In this document: positions 10,521-21,289 of the stretch, piece by piece
Numbering within the stretch: the first letter of the stretch is position 1
How the letters are laid out: each line of letters begins with the position of its first letter
DNA from: Bacteroidia bacterium
Lineage (GTDB): Bacteria > Bacteroidota > Bacteroidia > AKYH767-A > OLB10
DNA length: 64,000 nt
Reading direction: 5' to 3'
NCBI GenBank assembly: GCA_038206385.1
Contig: JBBRAW010000001.1
Coordinates: forward strand, 3,143-67,142
Made by a program: the position numbers and the translations under genes
The notes under the pieces: generated by a model
Database searches by the model: none
What the model saw: only the letters and a program-made list of their open reading frames with translations
What the model was told of the DNA's origin: nothing

Positions 10521-11201
10521 ATGCTAGGTATTTATTTCATTTCAATTGTGTTTATGTTAATTGGTTGGTTGGTGAGTCGTCAGCTGAAAAATAAATTTGC
10601 GCTCTATTCTCAAACTCAATTAAGCAACAATCTCAGCGGACAAGATATCGCAGAGAGAATGTTAAAGGATAATAATATTACGGATGTAAAAGTTATCTCT
10701 GTTGAAGGTCGCTTATCAGATCATTATAATCCTTTAGATAAAACTGTGAACTTAAGTCATGATGTTTTTTACGGACGCAATGCTGCTGCTGCTGCGGTTG
10801 CTGCACATGAATGCGGACATGCTGTTCAACATGCGCAAGCATACAGTATGTTACAATTACGTTCTGCATTAGTTCCAGTAGTTAGTTTCTCCTCGCAATA
10901 CATGCCTTGGGTTTTATTAGCAGGAATATTTACTATTAATATTTTCCCAACATTATTATTAGCAGGAATTGTTTTATTTTCTGCAACAACAGTATTTAGT
11001 CTTATCACCTTACCTGTTGAATTTGATGCTAGTCGTCGTGGATTAGTATGGTTAGAAAACTCACACACTGTTAGCACACAAGAGCAAACGATGGCTAAAG
11101 ATGCTTTATGGTGGGCCGCAATGACCTATGTTGTTGCAGCACTTTCATCCATTGCAACGTTGATGTATTATGTGATGATATATATGGGGAGAAGGAATTA
11201 A
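10521..11201 (+). CDS. YugP-like membrane zinc metallopeptidase (Zn_peptidase_2 family)
   Basis: 226 aa. N-terminal TM. AAHECGHAVQHA (HExxH). C-terminal TM helices. Size and architecture match B. subtilis YugP-type proteins. Confidence 0.7.
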   Translation: MLGIYFISIVFMLIGWLVSRQLKNKFALYSQTQLSNNLSGQDIAERMLKDNNITDVKVISVEGRLSDHYNPLDKTVNLSHDVFYGRNAAAAAVAAHECGHAVQHAQAYSMLQLRSALVPVVSFSSQYMPWVLLAGIFTINIFPTLLLAGIVLFSATTVFSLITLPVEFDASRRGLVWLENSHTVSTQEQTMAKDALWWAAMTYVVAALSSIATLMYYVMIYMGRRN

Positions 11202-11419
11202 TCCCGATGGCTATCGGGATATGAGTTATGAGTTATGAGTTTCGTCCAGATAGTTATCGGGATTAGAATTAAAAAAAATTAGTTTACCTTGAATCTGGCA
11301 ACTATTCGATTTAATTTATAAATCCATTTCTCCTGCATTATTGATTTTTGGTAAGAAGTACAAAAAGCTTATGAAAATCAAATTTTATTTGAGTCTTTTT
11401 ATTTTAATTTTTTACCAGC

Positions 11420-12697
11420 TCACTTTACAATTAACACTTTTGAAGATGTAGATTTCTTTCCGCAAATTGATTTAACAAAATATAATCCTGAAGGGTAATC
11501 TGAAAGATTTATATGGATTTCATTTTCATTAATATTAAAAAATTGTTTTACGATCTTACCATAACTATCAAATATTTGCAGGCTCCAAACACCTGGAAAT
11601 AAAGCAAACTTTGATACTGTAAACTCTCCGCTTGATGGATTTGGAAATAATTTAATTAAACCAGAAGAATTATTTTCAGAAATCCCAACAGACCCACCGC
11701 CATTGGTGGTTTTTAAGATGGAATGTGTTGATGCTGCATAACCAGTTTGGGAAGATAAAAATTGAAACTTGTAAATTTGGTAATAAGGAAGTGGTGATGT
11801 GTCTATCAATGTATATTGAAGATTAAATGTTATACCATAATCAATTGTTTTCCATATATCTCGATTAACAATTATGTAGCCATTACCATCTGCAAAAAAG
11901 GCAACATCATTAACAGCTCCAAATTGAGGATTGATATAAGATAGCCAATTAATTCCGCCATCTGTTGAATACTTTAGGCCAAACGGTGTGCTATTTATTC
12001 CGAAACCACCAAACCAACAAACAGAATCATTATAACAAGACATCGAATACGCATCAATATTACCACTATTACAGTCTTCGTGAATTTTATTCCAAGTAAC
12101 ACCGCGATTCGCAGTTTTATATAATACTTCATCTATACCAATTGCATAACCAATCGAATCACTTGGAAAATAAAGTTTGTGAATATAATTAAGTTGTGAA
12201 TTACAAGGTTTAGGTAATGTAAATTCATTTACACTCAATCCAGAATTGTAAGTTACATTTAAAGTATAGTTAAAATTGTCGCACCGACCGCTAAAAAAAA
12301 CAGTATCAAAGTTAATTGCATGACATTGTCCTCCCAATAAGCCATTACAATTTGTGGTTGGATTATTACTCGCCCAAGTATTTCCTCCGTCAAATGACTT
12401 TAGGATTTCATTTGGTAGCGAACTTAAGTATCCAGTATCTTTATTCAAAAAATAAATGCCACCATAATTTTTTGCAGTATCCATTGGTATCTTATTCCAA
12501 TTTATACCACCGTCAATAGTCTTCATAAATAAACCTTTATCTCCAGAAACCCAACAAGTATCTTTGTTTAAACAAAAAATATCGGTAATTTGATGAGTAC
12601 TGTCTAAATAAATAGTTGTCCATTGCGCACTTAACTTTGCAGATGCAGTAAAAGCGATACAAACAATTATAATTATAATTCTTTTTAATTGCAACAT
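11420..12697 (-). CDS. Secreted BNR/Ycf48-like beta-propeller protein with T9SS C-terminal sorting domain
   Basis: Signal peptide MLQLKRIIIIIVCIAFTASAKLSAQ. Repeated G..G.i.kT.DGG.tW blades (TIDGGINWNKI, SFDGGNTWAS, STDGGINWLS). C-terminus ...LFPNPSSGEFTV...SGLYFVKSICGKKSTSSKVLIVK is a typical T9SS CTD. Confidence 0.75.
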   Translation of the reverse strand: MLQLKRIIIIIVCIAFTASAKLSAQWTTIYLDSTHQITDIFCLNKDTCWVSGDKGLFMKTIDGGINWNKIPMDTAKNYGGIYFLNKDTGYLSSLPNEILKSFDGGNTWASNNPTTNCNGLLGGQCHAINFDTVFFSGRCDNFNYTLNVTYNSGLSVNEFTLPKPCNSQLNYIHKLYFPSDSIGYAIGIDEVLYKTANRGVTWNKIHEDCNSGNIDAYSMSCYNDSVCWFGGFGINSTPFGLKYSTDGGINWLSYINPQFGAVNDVAFFADGNGYIIVNRDIWKTIDYGITFNLQYTLIDTSPLPYYQIYKFQFLSSQTGYAASTHSILKTTNGGGSVGISENNSSGLIKLFPNPSSGEFTVSKFALFPGVWSLQIFDSYGKIVKQFFNINENEIHINLSDYPSGLYFVKSICGKKSTSSKVLIVK

Positions 12698-12845
12698 ATT
12701 AGCTTTATTGATTCTTATCAGAATATGCGATGTAATATTTATCCTTGATTTTTAAATTTATCTTTACACAATTTTAATTATTGAACAGATACAATGCTTT
12801 TACATTTGTAATTAACTCAGACTTTTTACTTTATTTTTTAATTAA

Positions 12846-14138
12846 TCATTTTATAATTAAAATTTTTGAGGATGTAGATTTCTTTCCGCAAATTGATTTA
12901 ACAAAATATAATCCTGATGAGTAATCTGATAGATTGATATGAATTTCGTTTTCATTCAAATTAAAAAATTGTTTCACCAACTTACCAAAGTTATCAAATA
13001 TTTGTACGCTCCATAAGCCTGGAAACAAAGCAAATTTTGATACTGTAAATTCTCCACTTGATGGATTTGGAAATAATTTAATTAAACCTGAAGAATTATT
13101 TTCAGGAATACCAACAGGACCTCCACCGTTTGTTGTTTTTAAAATAGAATGTGTTGAAGCTGCGTAACCCGTTTGAGAATTTAAAAAGAAAAATTGATTA
13201 ATTCTAATTTGCGAAAATGGAGAAGAATTTAACAAATGATATTGAAAATTGAAAGTTAGCCCATAATCTATTGTTTTAAAAATATCTTCATCAACATTAA
13301 TAATATAGCCTGACCCATCAGAAAAAAAAGCAAGATCTCTTACAAATCCGATTTGACTATTAGTGTTGTAAACAATCCAATTATTTCCGCCATCAATTGA
13401 ATATTGCAAATGTTTTATACTATTATTTTTGCTTCCTCCAAACCATAAAATAGAATCGTTATAACATGACAATCCAAAAACATCCATTCCAAACCCTAAA
13501 CACTCTTCGTGAACTTGGATCCAAGTCAAACCATTGTCAACGGTTTTAAATAATGCCTCATCTGCTCCAGCAGCGTAGCCAATTGAGTCATTAGTAAAAA
13601 GAAAATTTATTAAGTAGTTCCCACTATTGCCACAGGTAATAGGAATGGGAATTTGGTTAAAATTTATTGCACTATCGAAACTAGAGTATATTCCAACATC
13701 AAATGGATAACAACCTGCAATAAAAATAATTGTATCCGTATTATTAGCATGAAGGTTTGTAAACAAAAATGATCCAGAACATGAAGAAATAGTGCTTATA
13801 ACTTTCACCCACGTATTTCCACCATCATTTGTTCGATAAATACTTCCTTGATCATTTAACATGTAGCCATTTAAATAATCAGAAAAATAAATTCTACCAA
13901 AGTTAATAGTTGAATCAATTGTGATAACATTCCAACTGCTTCCTCCATCTAAAGATTTCATGAAAAATCCTTTATCACCTGAGACCCAACATGTATCTGA
14001 ATTTAAACTGAAAATATTATTAATATTATGAGTAGTGTCAGAATACACCTCAGACCATTGAGAAAAAGCTGATTGAATATGAATCAAAAAACTAAATATT
14101 ATAATAAATAGTTTTTTAAAACTAGTTAATCTATACAT
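12846..14138 (-). CDS. Secreted BNR/Ycf48-like beta-propeller protein with T9SS CTD (tandem paralog of 11420..12697)
   Basis: Same architecture (SLDGGSSWNVI, TNDGGNTWVKV, SIDGGNNWIV). The last ~115 aa are ~90% identical to the neighbouring gene. The N-terminal propeller is only moderately similar to the neighbour. Confidence 0.75.
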   Translation of the reverse strand: MYRLTSFKKLFIIIFSFLIHIQSAFSQWSEVYSDTTHNINNIFSLNSDTCWVSGDKGFFMKSLDGGSSWNVITIDSTINFGRIYFSDYLNGYMLNDQGSIYRTNDGGNTWVKVISTISSCSGSFLFTNLHANNTDTIIFIAGCYPFDVGIYSSFDSAINFNQIPIPITCGNSGNYLINFLFTNDSIGYAAGADEALFKTVDNGLTWIQVHEECLGFGMDVFGLSCYNDSILWFGGSKNNSIKHLQYSIDGGNNWIVYNTNSQIGFVRDLAFFSDGSGYIINVDEDIFKTIDYGLTFNFQYHLLNSSPFSQIRINQFFFLNSQTGYAASTHSILKTTNGGGPVGIPENNSSGLIKLFPNPSSGEFTVSKFALFPGLWSVQIFDNFGKLVKQFFNLNENEIHINLSDYSSGLYFVKSICGKKSTSSKILIIK

Positions 14139-16069
14139 ATTAATTTAATTGATTTTTTTTGATAAAGTGACGTTATAATACAAGTATAAACCCCTTGAAC
14201 TAAATTGAGTTCTGATCTATACAAATAATAATTCGTTGTGCCATTTTGAATATTAACATTTTTTAACAAATGCTTAACTAATCTTCCAAATCCATCATAC
14301 AAATCTATAGTAATTATATTGTCTGTATTAGACGTTACACTTATATTAGAAAATTCGTGAAATGGATTTGGGTAAGATATTACATTAAAACTTTCTTTTG
14401 GTTGAACTTGACTATTTAAATAATTTTGACTTCTTCTTTCATTTGCATTAAATGGACCTGGATTTGGTTCAATGTGCGCATGAAATTTTGATCCTGCGAT
14501 AGCTTGAAAACCAGGATTCATTTTTATTGAATTAGATGCATACATGTTTATATAACTTCCTGACTGAATTTGATAACCACATCCCTGATTTGACAACTCA
14601 ATATTTTGACTTGCCTTATCAATTTCATAATAAGAAGTCACTGGGTCACATAATGAAAGATTTTGCGAGACATCCATTATAAATGGTTGACAGAATGCGG
14701 TTTCGCGAGAATTATGTGTCAGAATAGGATCTCTTCCAGTCCAAACAGGAACTACTAATCCATTACAAATTTTTAAATTAATATAATCAGTAGTTACGAA
14801 ATTGTTTGCTGTAAGGGTCTGGAACTGATTATCACTTATTTGTTGTTCCGTCCAAGTCGAACCACCATCAATAGATAAAGAAAGGTAAGTATTTGTATTT
14901 TGTGAAACATCTTGCCCGTAATAAATTATACCCAAATAACCAGTATATGGATCACAAGCCAACCAAGAATCCCAATGCAAAGGAAGTATGGAACTATTCA
15001 CTACAAGTGGAGATGACCAAGAATTACCTCCATCAGAAGATTTAATAAAATAAACATTTGCGTTGCAAGTTGATGATGTATTACAATTGCAATTTGGGTT
15101 TGTTATTGAAGTACATGGATCTCCAACATTTGACCAACAAATATAAATATCACCATTTTGTTGATTTATTGACATTGTTATCCAACTTGCAACTGCAGCT
15201 GAAGAAAGAGTTGATAAAGAACCAATTTTAGGATTATTTCGTATTCCATTAATCTCCAAATTTGGAATATATCCTGATGATATCCATGTTTGTGATAAAT
15301 GAGACCATTTTGCAAACCCTATAAATTTCTCTATGCTGGCGTGAGAGTTTAATCCATCATATATTGACCAACAAGCGTATGCATCTCCATTTGGAGCCAC
15401 CGCAATATTAATTCCATGATTGTATTTTAAGTTTGGACTATTGGGAGGATTAAAAAGAAGTGGATCTGTTAAATCTGTAGGCGGATCCCAATTGATTAGT
15501 TGACTACTAACAACATTTCCTGTCCTTGCAAAAATTTGCGTTATATTAATATCCCATCCTGCAAATAATTCCAAGTGATCTGCAATTGGTCTATCGTCTA
15601 TATCAAGATAATTTTTATCACTTGCATTTGAAAGTATGAATGGATTTGAGTTTGTAACAAAATTATCATCCGAGTAAATTATGTTGTTATCACTAATCGT
15701 TGACAAATAATTAAAATATTTTCTATCATTATGGTCTAGAACAATTGAAGGGTCATAAGTATTTGGAAGGCCAATAAAGTCAGGTGGTGCGGATGTTGCC
15801 TTCCAAGTACTTCCACCATCATCGCTATAAAAAATTGCTTCACCTCTTAAATTATTCACTCCATCATTATAATTTGCATTATTTGCATTGACTATGTGTA
15901 ATGGATTTAACGGATTAATATATATCGAGTTTTCTCCCAAATTTAAAAATTTTGAATTTGGAGTATTCGATGATTCAATCATCACATCAGGTGTATTAAA
16001 ATTTATTGGTATTTGAGCATTGATGTTTAAATAACAAAGTACTCCAATAAATATAATTAGTATTTTCAT
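14126..16069 (-). CDS. Secreted BNR-repeat (sialidase-like) protein with T9SS CTD
   Basis: BNR motifs YSDDGGSTWKA, SSDGGNSWSS, SIDGGSTWTE. C-terminus ...YPNPFHEFSNISVTS...IDLYDGFGRLVKHLL...KKSIKLICID. Probable start at MKILIIFIGVLCYLNINAQ (16069) rather than the track start at 16123. Confidence 0.7.
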   Translation of the reverse strand: MKILIIFIGVLCYLNINAQIPINFNTPDVMIESSNTPNSKFLNLGENSIYINPLNPLHIVNANNANYNDGVNNLRGEAIFYSDDGGSTWKATSAPPDFIGLPNTYDPSIVLDHNDRKYFNYLSTISDNNIIYSDDNFVTNSNPFILSNASDKNYLDIDDRPIADHLELFAGWDINITQIFARTGNVVSSQLINWDPPTDLTDPLLFNPPNSPNLKYNHGINIAVAPNGDAYACWSIYDGLNSHASIEKFIGFAKWSHLSQTWISSGYIPNLEINGIRNNPKIGSLSTLSSAAVASWITMSINQQNGDIYICWSNVGDPCTSITNPNCNCNTSSTCNANVYFIKSSDGGNSWSSPLVVNSSILPLHWDSWLACDPYTGYLGIIYYGQDVSQNTNTYLSLSIDGGSTWTEQQISDNQFQTLTANNFVTTDYINLKICNGLVVPVWTGRDPILTHNSRETAFCQPFIMDVSQNLSLCDPVTSYYEIDKASQNIELSNQGCGYQIQSGSYINMYASNSIKMNPGFQAIAGSKFHAHIEPNPGPFNANERRSQNYLNSQVQPKESFNVISYPNPFHEFSNISVTSNTDNIITIDLYDGFGRLVKHLLKNVNIQNGTTNYYLYRSELNLVQGVYTCIITSLYQKKSIKLICID

Positions 16070-16277
16070 TGTACAAGTTATTTCGAATTTTATATTATTT
16101 TTAATTGCACCGAGTAGTTGCATTCTTCATTATTCTATTTTTTATTTGCAGCAACCTTTTTTACCCTCTTGCAAATTATTTTAAGCGTAGAAATTAGTCG
16201 AAATTTGCTTTCAAATTATTCTAGAAAATCATATTACAACTAGTTCATTTTTCTTTTCTCGAGCAGAATACTTTTTA

Positions 16278-18389
16278 TCATTTTTCACAAATCTTAATTA
16301 TTTTATTTATTTCTGAATTGCATGGTAAATCAGTTTTTACGAAATAAATTCCATCGGGTAAATTTTGTAAACTTAGAGTTGACGATTCCGATGTCAATAA
16401 AGTACTATAAACTTCTCTGCCTAATTGATCAATCAAAATAAGATTCATTTTAGTTGAAGTATTGGTTTCCATTTTCACCGTTACTGATGAAGCGAAAACA
16501 GTTGGGTAGATTATAATCTTACAATCATCTTTATTTTCATTATTTGCAACGATACTATTTGTGTTGGCCATACGTAAACTATTGCGTTGAAATGTACATG
16601 AAGCAATGGTAACTGGTTCAACTCTTACTGCTAAATTAGAATTTGCCTTTGCTGAGAATCCATCTTTTAATGCAATATAATTACTCGCAACTAATTCTAA
16701 CCCTGAGCCGGCATCAGCTATATAATTTCCAGGACCATTGTTTACATCCACATGATTACCGGCTTCAATAATTCCATCTACGTAATAACTGTTCGGCTCA
16801 TTTGCAACTTCTGTTTTGTTCTGAAAAAGTAAAGTTTGGTTTGTTAAAGTATTATCAAATTTCTTTATTAATCTTCCACCATTCCTATCAATTGCGATGC
16901 GGGGCATACCTCGGAAAGCATTTATATTTTCGAATTCTAAGGTACTTCCTGCTCCTAGTAAAAAAGCTGCATCAAAAACCGTAACACAAGGTTCAATAGT
17001 TAATTTACTGCCACTTACTAAACGGTATAATGAAGCGTATTTAGCATCAGCTATAATTGCAGGGTCATGTGGGAAGGATGGATCTTCACATCTCAAATCT
17101 GTAACAACAGGTACATCTCTAGGATCTGTAAAAGGGCCTCCGTTTTCAACAGTATTTGAAAATCCTACTTCATCATTTGGAGCAATTACAGATGGATAAA
17201 CTCCTCTTATAGTTTTAAAAGTATATCCTGATGGGAAATGTAGATCATTAGTGGTTATTGTTGCATCACTAGGATTGAAAATTAATTTATCAATAGGGTT
17301 AATATCTCTTAATTCAAAATCTGTATCAATGAAATAATGTTGTTGATAACCAGATAATGAATTTGTTGTTGCATTAAATGAAGTTTCATATCCAGCTAAC
17401 CCAGTTCCTGTTGAATTTAGTGCTGGTGCTGATAGTAATGAATATGGTGGAGGATAAATAAAATTAAAAGTTGATTGTGTACTTCTAAAGTTATCAATAG
17501 GAGCTGGGAGAGCAGTTCCCATATTAGTGCAATTGCTTGGGTTAGGAATTTCTGAATAAAGGAAATAATTAATTATACCATCAACAAATAATTGATTATT
17601 TAAATTATAATTATACGGGTTAAAATTATTATGATCAGTAATAATTGATGGAAGAAAGCATATATCCCAGGCAGTAGAATAAGCGATGCAATTATTAATA
17701 CAAAAAGGATAATACCTCATTCTTCCACGTGTATTATCGTAACACCATGAAACAGTTGATAAAAGCGTAGTAGGAGATGGAGTCGCGCCAAAACAATACG
17801 CATTAATTGTATGTTTAATTATAGTATGCGGTAGTAATTTTGCATTCGTAGTGCTGATGTACGGATGGTTATTCACAAAAGCGTCTGAAATAAGTGTTTG
17901 TCTATTTGAACCAACATTTGACCAATCTAATGGAAGAAAATCAGGAAGCATATTAGATATTTGTCCCCATTGTCTATTGTTTGGATCATATGGATCCGTT
18001 GGCATGAATAAGTCTCTTTGTGATGGAGGATTTATTGGATTATTAGGACAACCAGAGACAGTTAATGCACAGGGAACAGTAAAAGGAAATGACACTACTT
18101 CCATTTGATAGGTTACACTGATACTATTACCATTGATGAATTGTAGCCAAGGAAATTTATTGTTTAATAGAATTTGATATTCGCCACTATAGGGTGGAGC
18201 ATGAACCGAACCTAGGCTAAATGGATTGTAAGGAATACTCCATGATTGAAAATTTGCATCCCAATAATTCCCAATTGGAATATTAATTCCAGTTATATTC
18301 TGATATGAATTAATTACATCCTGAGCAATGCTGTTCAACGAAGAAAGTAATATTAAATTTAAAAGTGCCAATTTTATTTTCAGTTTCAT
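16278..18389 (-). CDS. Large secreted hypothetical protein (703 aa) with T9SS CTD
   Basis: Signal peptide MKLKIKLALLNLILLSSLNSIAQD. C-terminus IIYPTVFASS...LPDGIYFVKTDLPCNSEINKIIKICEK. Asn/Pro-rich. The downstream gene overlaps its start by 4 bp. Confidence 0.65.
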   Translation of the reverse strand: MKLKIKLALLNLILLSSLNSIAQDVINSYQNITGINIPIGNYWDANFQSWSIPYNPFSLGSVHAPPYSGEYQILLNNKFPWLQFINGNSISVTYQMEVVSFPFTVPCALTVSGCPNNPINPPSQRDLFMPTDPYDPNNRQWGQISNMLPDFLPLDWSNVGSNRQTLISDAFVNNHPYISTTNAKLLPHTIIKHTINAYCFGATPSPTTLLSTVSWCYDNTRGRMRYYPFCINNCIAYSTAWDICFLPSIITDHNNFNPYNYNLNNQLFVDGIINYFLYSEIPNPSNCTNMGTALPAPIDNFRSTQSTFNFIYPPPYSLLSAPALNSTGTGLAGYETSFNATTNSLSGYQQHYFIDTDFELRDINPIDKLIFNPSDATITTNDLHFPSGYTFKTIRGVYPSVIAPNDEVGFSNTVENGGPFTDPRDVPVVTDLRCEDPSFPHDPAIIADAKYASLYRLVSGSKLTIEPCVTVFDAAFLLGAGSTLEFENINAFRGMPRIAIDRNGGRLIKKFDNTLTNQTLLFQNKTEVANEPNSYYVDGIIEAGNHVDVNNGPGNYIADAGSGLELVASNYIALKDGFSAKANSNLAVRVEPVTIASCTFQRNSLRMANTNSIVANNENKDDCKIIIYPTVFASSVTVKMETNTSTKMNLILIDQLGREVYSTLLTSESSTLSLQNLPDGIYFVKTDLPCNSEINKIIKICEK

Positions 18390-20041
18390 AATTTAATGAT
18401 TTTAGAATATGAATTTAGAAAAGGGAAACTTGAAGCTTTTATAAAATAAACACCTGATCGAAGACTAGAAGTATCAATTGTAAAATTTTCTTTATTTAGT
18501 GTGTTTTCATAAACAAGGGCCCCCATTATAGAAAATATTTTAATAAATACGGGTCCATTTATATTAGCATCGGTTCTTAAATATAATTTTTCATTACAAG
18601 GATTTGGATATAAAATTATATCTTTAGAAATATCGTTAGTTGATTTAATTGAAGTTGAAGCTGCACAGATTACGGCTGAATTGAGAATAACATTTGAGTC
18701 ATTTATACCAATAGAAGTTTCCAAAGTGATTGGGCTTATCGTCATCGAAGAATCATCATATGGCACATTAATTACTGTCTCAGTAATTAATGAAGGAACT
18801 ATCTGATCATGACAACCCTTTCCATGTTCATCCGTTGCAGTTATCAATAATTTATTTGTTGGTGTTCCACTATGATAAGTCGATCCTACCCAAATTATTT
18901 TATTATCCTGATACGAACTTGCATTGTAATAGCCGTATTCTGCTGGGACGGTAGGATTTGAATACGTTTTAGACAAGCTTAATATATTTCCAATGCTATC
19001 AAGTTCATAAGTTGTGGAATAGTCAACGCACAATATTGTGTTGCTATTAGTAATATACCTTGAGCCTGATAATTTAGGACCTCCACCTAAATAATGATAC
19101 CTTTTTGTCCAATTAACGTTTAACAAAGTATCCAATTCTACATAGCAATATTTATCTGTTGCTCCAAAAATCGTATCGTTATATACGAATCCACAAAGTA
19201 CTTTATTATTATTCTGACTTATAGATAAATCACTATAATTTGGCCATGAATCCGAAGTGATCACCTTCAAATATTCAATTGAAAGGTCTTGATTCCATTT
19301 AATTAACATTACATCTACCTTATAAGTTAGTGAATCTCTATAACCAAATCCTATCATATAATAATTCACAATATTATTCTCTTCTTTCTTAACGACTTTG
19401 GTAAATATTGTATTTAAATGAGAATTAAGATTATAAGATTTTGCATTAATTAATTGACCATTATTATTATTTAGCTGAACAAGAAGCGATTTATCGGTTG
19501 CGTCAACAAATGCAGTATTATAATTTCCAAATAATAGTAAAGTATCGCCACTTATATCAAGGTAATCCAGTCGTATGTTTGACCCATAAAGTTTAATTTC
19601 CTGTGTCCAAATTGTATCACCGTTTAAGTCGGTTTTAATAATGAAAGTTGTGAGGTCCGGAAAATATGAGGTTGCCAATATTAATAAAGTAGTATCCGAT
19701 ACTTTAACGACTTTACTCGAAAAAATTTCTAAGGAGTCTCTAAAGTAACTTTTCGTCCACAATTCATTTAATAATGAATCAGTCTTTATTAATAGTAGTC
19801 CTCTTTTAGTGGGTGTACAATAAGTTGTGCCTAATACATAATAAGTACTATCAGGATTATACAACACCGAAGTTGCATAAGTGTTACTCAAATTATAATT
19901 TAATTCTTTTTGAAATAGCTGCTGCGCATTTGCACTATTACTTAAAACAAAGAAATTTAAAATAATAAAACAAATGCACCAATTCCGCTTAATAACGGAA
20001 GGATAACTTTTAACAAAACTAGATTTAAAATTATTTTTCAT
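18386..20041 (-). CDS. Secreted hypothetical protein (551 aa) with T9SS CTD
   Basis: N-terminal hydrophobic signal ...CICFIILNFFVLSNSANAQQ. C-terminus ILYPNPCNEKLYL...SGVYFIKASSFPFLNSYSKIIKL. Confidence 0.65.
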   Translation of the reverse strand: MKNNFKSSFVKSYPSVIKRNWCICFIILNFFVLSNSANAQQLFQKELNYNLSNTYATSVLYNPDSTYYVLGTTYCTPTKRGLLLIKTDSLLNELWTKSYFRDSLEIFSSKVVKVSDTTLLILATSYFPDLTTFIIKTDLNGDTIWTQEIKLYGSNIRLDYLDISGDTLLLFGNYNTAFVDATDKSLLVQLNNNNGQLINAKSYNLNSHLNTIFTKVVKKEENNIVNYYMIGFGYRDSLTYKVDVMLIKWNQDLSIEYLKVITSDSWPNYSDLSISQNNNKVLCGFVYNDTIFGATDKYCYVELDTLLNVNWTKRYHYLGGGPKLSGSRYITNSNTILCVDYSTTYELDSIGNILSLSKTYSNPTVPAEYGYYNASSYQDNKIIWVGSTYHSGTPTNKLLITATDEHGKGCHDQIVPSLITETVINVPYDDSSMTISPITLETSIGINDSNVILNSAVICAASTSIKSTNDISKDIILYPNPCNEKLYLRTDANINGPVFIKIFSIMGALVYENTLNKENFTIDTSSLRSGVYFIKASSFPFLNSYSKIIKL

Positions 20042-20062
20042 TAGATTTATTACTTCAATGAA

Positions 20063-21289
20063 TTATTTTTTATTTGCATCTATCTTAGTCTCCAACTCTT
20101 TAACACGAGCTTCAAGTTGTAAAACATACATGTAAAGTTCTTCAATTTTTTCGTAAGAAGCGGGAACTAATTTACCGAGGTTCATTCCTTCCTCGGCAAC
20201 TTCAGAAGCTGTAGGAATTCCGGGTAAGTGCTTATTTTCTTTTAAAAAATTCTTAAGCTCTACAAAGCTTAACATCTTATGCTCCTTATTAAACACATAA
20301 TCTGGCCAACTAGGTGTTCCCAAAGAACAATAGATTTCCTTTGCGCCCAATTTTCCATCTACTAACATTTTATATGGAGTTGATGCAAGAGAGTAGGAAA
20401 GATTTGCATTGCTAAATCCAACTAATACCGTTGTTTCTCCAGTAGTGTTTTTTATAAGACGCATTGCTTCCGATCCATCAACTGAAAATCCCAGAATATG
20501 ATTTGCTGGGTGAAATATACCAGTGGTATTATCTTGATACCAAGTATAGTCCGGATTAGTTCTTATTGAATAGGAATTTACTCCTTTTATCATTGGAGCG
20601 CTCACAAGATTTGGTATAATTTGTAACGATGTAAGGTCAAGAGTAAAAATTGAATTCCCAGCAACATGTAATTTTTCAGTCGGGGAATTTGTTCCTAACC
20701 CAAATCGTCGATTACAACTCCATACATCATTAATATTTGATTGAGCTTGGTACCAAGGCAAAACATTTACGCCTGAACATCTACCTGGTGGGTTAATAAC
20801 AATTAACCCAGTTCTTGAAAAATTACCAAGACTATCAACTATTAATAATGATTCACCAGCTCCAGATAAATGAGAAGCTTTTATATCACCATTACCTTTT
20901 ATTCGAAGTGCTTCAATATAATTTGTTTTAAAAACTAAATCAGACGAATCCTTAGTGCCAATAAACTGCGTTGCAGGATTTGTACTCGCGTTTCCAGTCA
21001 TTGTCCAATCTTCGCGTTCTGGTTGTGTTAAATTGCCATTACCTAATGTACGACAGCCATTGGCATCAATTACTGCTAAAAAATAGTCGCCAGCCGATAG
21101 ATTAGAGATATTCGCTGTAGTTTGATTGTTTTGCCAAACATAAACGAAAGGAGCAACTCCTCCAGCAACAACTGACTGAACACTACCATTCGCACAATTG
21201 TAGCAACTTAAGTTATAATTTCCAAAAAGAGAGGTTGTAAATGCTAAAGTAAGCTTAGCTGGTTGTGATAAGGATATTTGCCCATCTAT
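20063..21289 (-). pseudogene. Continuation of the SprB-repeat gene: fourth SprB repeat plus tail-fibre-like C-terminal domain (track ORF 20063..21001), in frame with 21290..22060 across a single TAG
   Basis: The 288 nt between the TAG (21290-21292) and the downstream ATG (21001) contain no stop in the same frame. They encode a fourth SprB repeat (...NISNLSAGDYFLAVIDANGCRTL...). The downstream part has GLGTNSPTEKLHVAGNS and a C-terminal coiled coil ...EKIEELYMYVLQLEARVKELETKIDANKK, typical of Bacteroidota 'tail fiber domain' proteins (S74-chaperone-like). Confidence 0.6.

Noticed and set aside
11202-11264. Hairpin tcccgat-ggct-atcggga plus (atgagtt)x3 immediately after the YugP stop, with a second atcgggatt 50 nt downstream
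   Set aside because: There is no U-run after the stem on the plus strand, and the T-run on the minus strand precedes rather than follows it. A transcript-stabilising stem-loop is possible, but it is not supportable as a terminator or known element.
14126-16123. Track start at 16123 for the BNR protein and 13-bp overlap with the upstream paralog
   Set aside because: The Met 18 codons downstream (16069) gives a proper signal peptide (MKILIIFIGVLCYLNINAQ). The longer form is probably an over-extension.
20063-21001. Prophage, suggested by the tail-fibre-like C-terminal domain
   Set aside because: No capsid, terminase, integrase or other phage genes are nearby. The domain is fused to SprB repeats and sits in a cluster of surface proteins. 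It is more likely a host adhesin or fibre.
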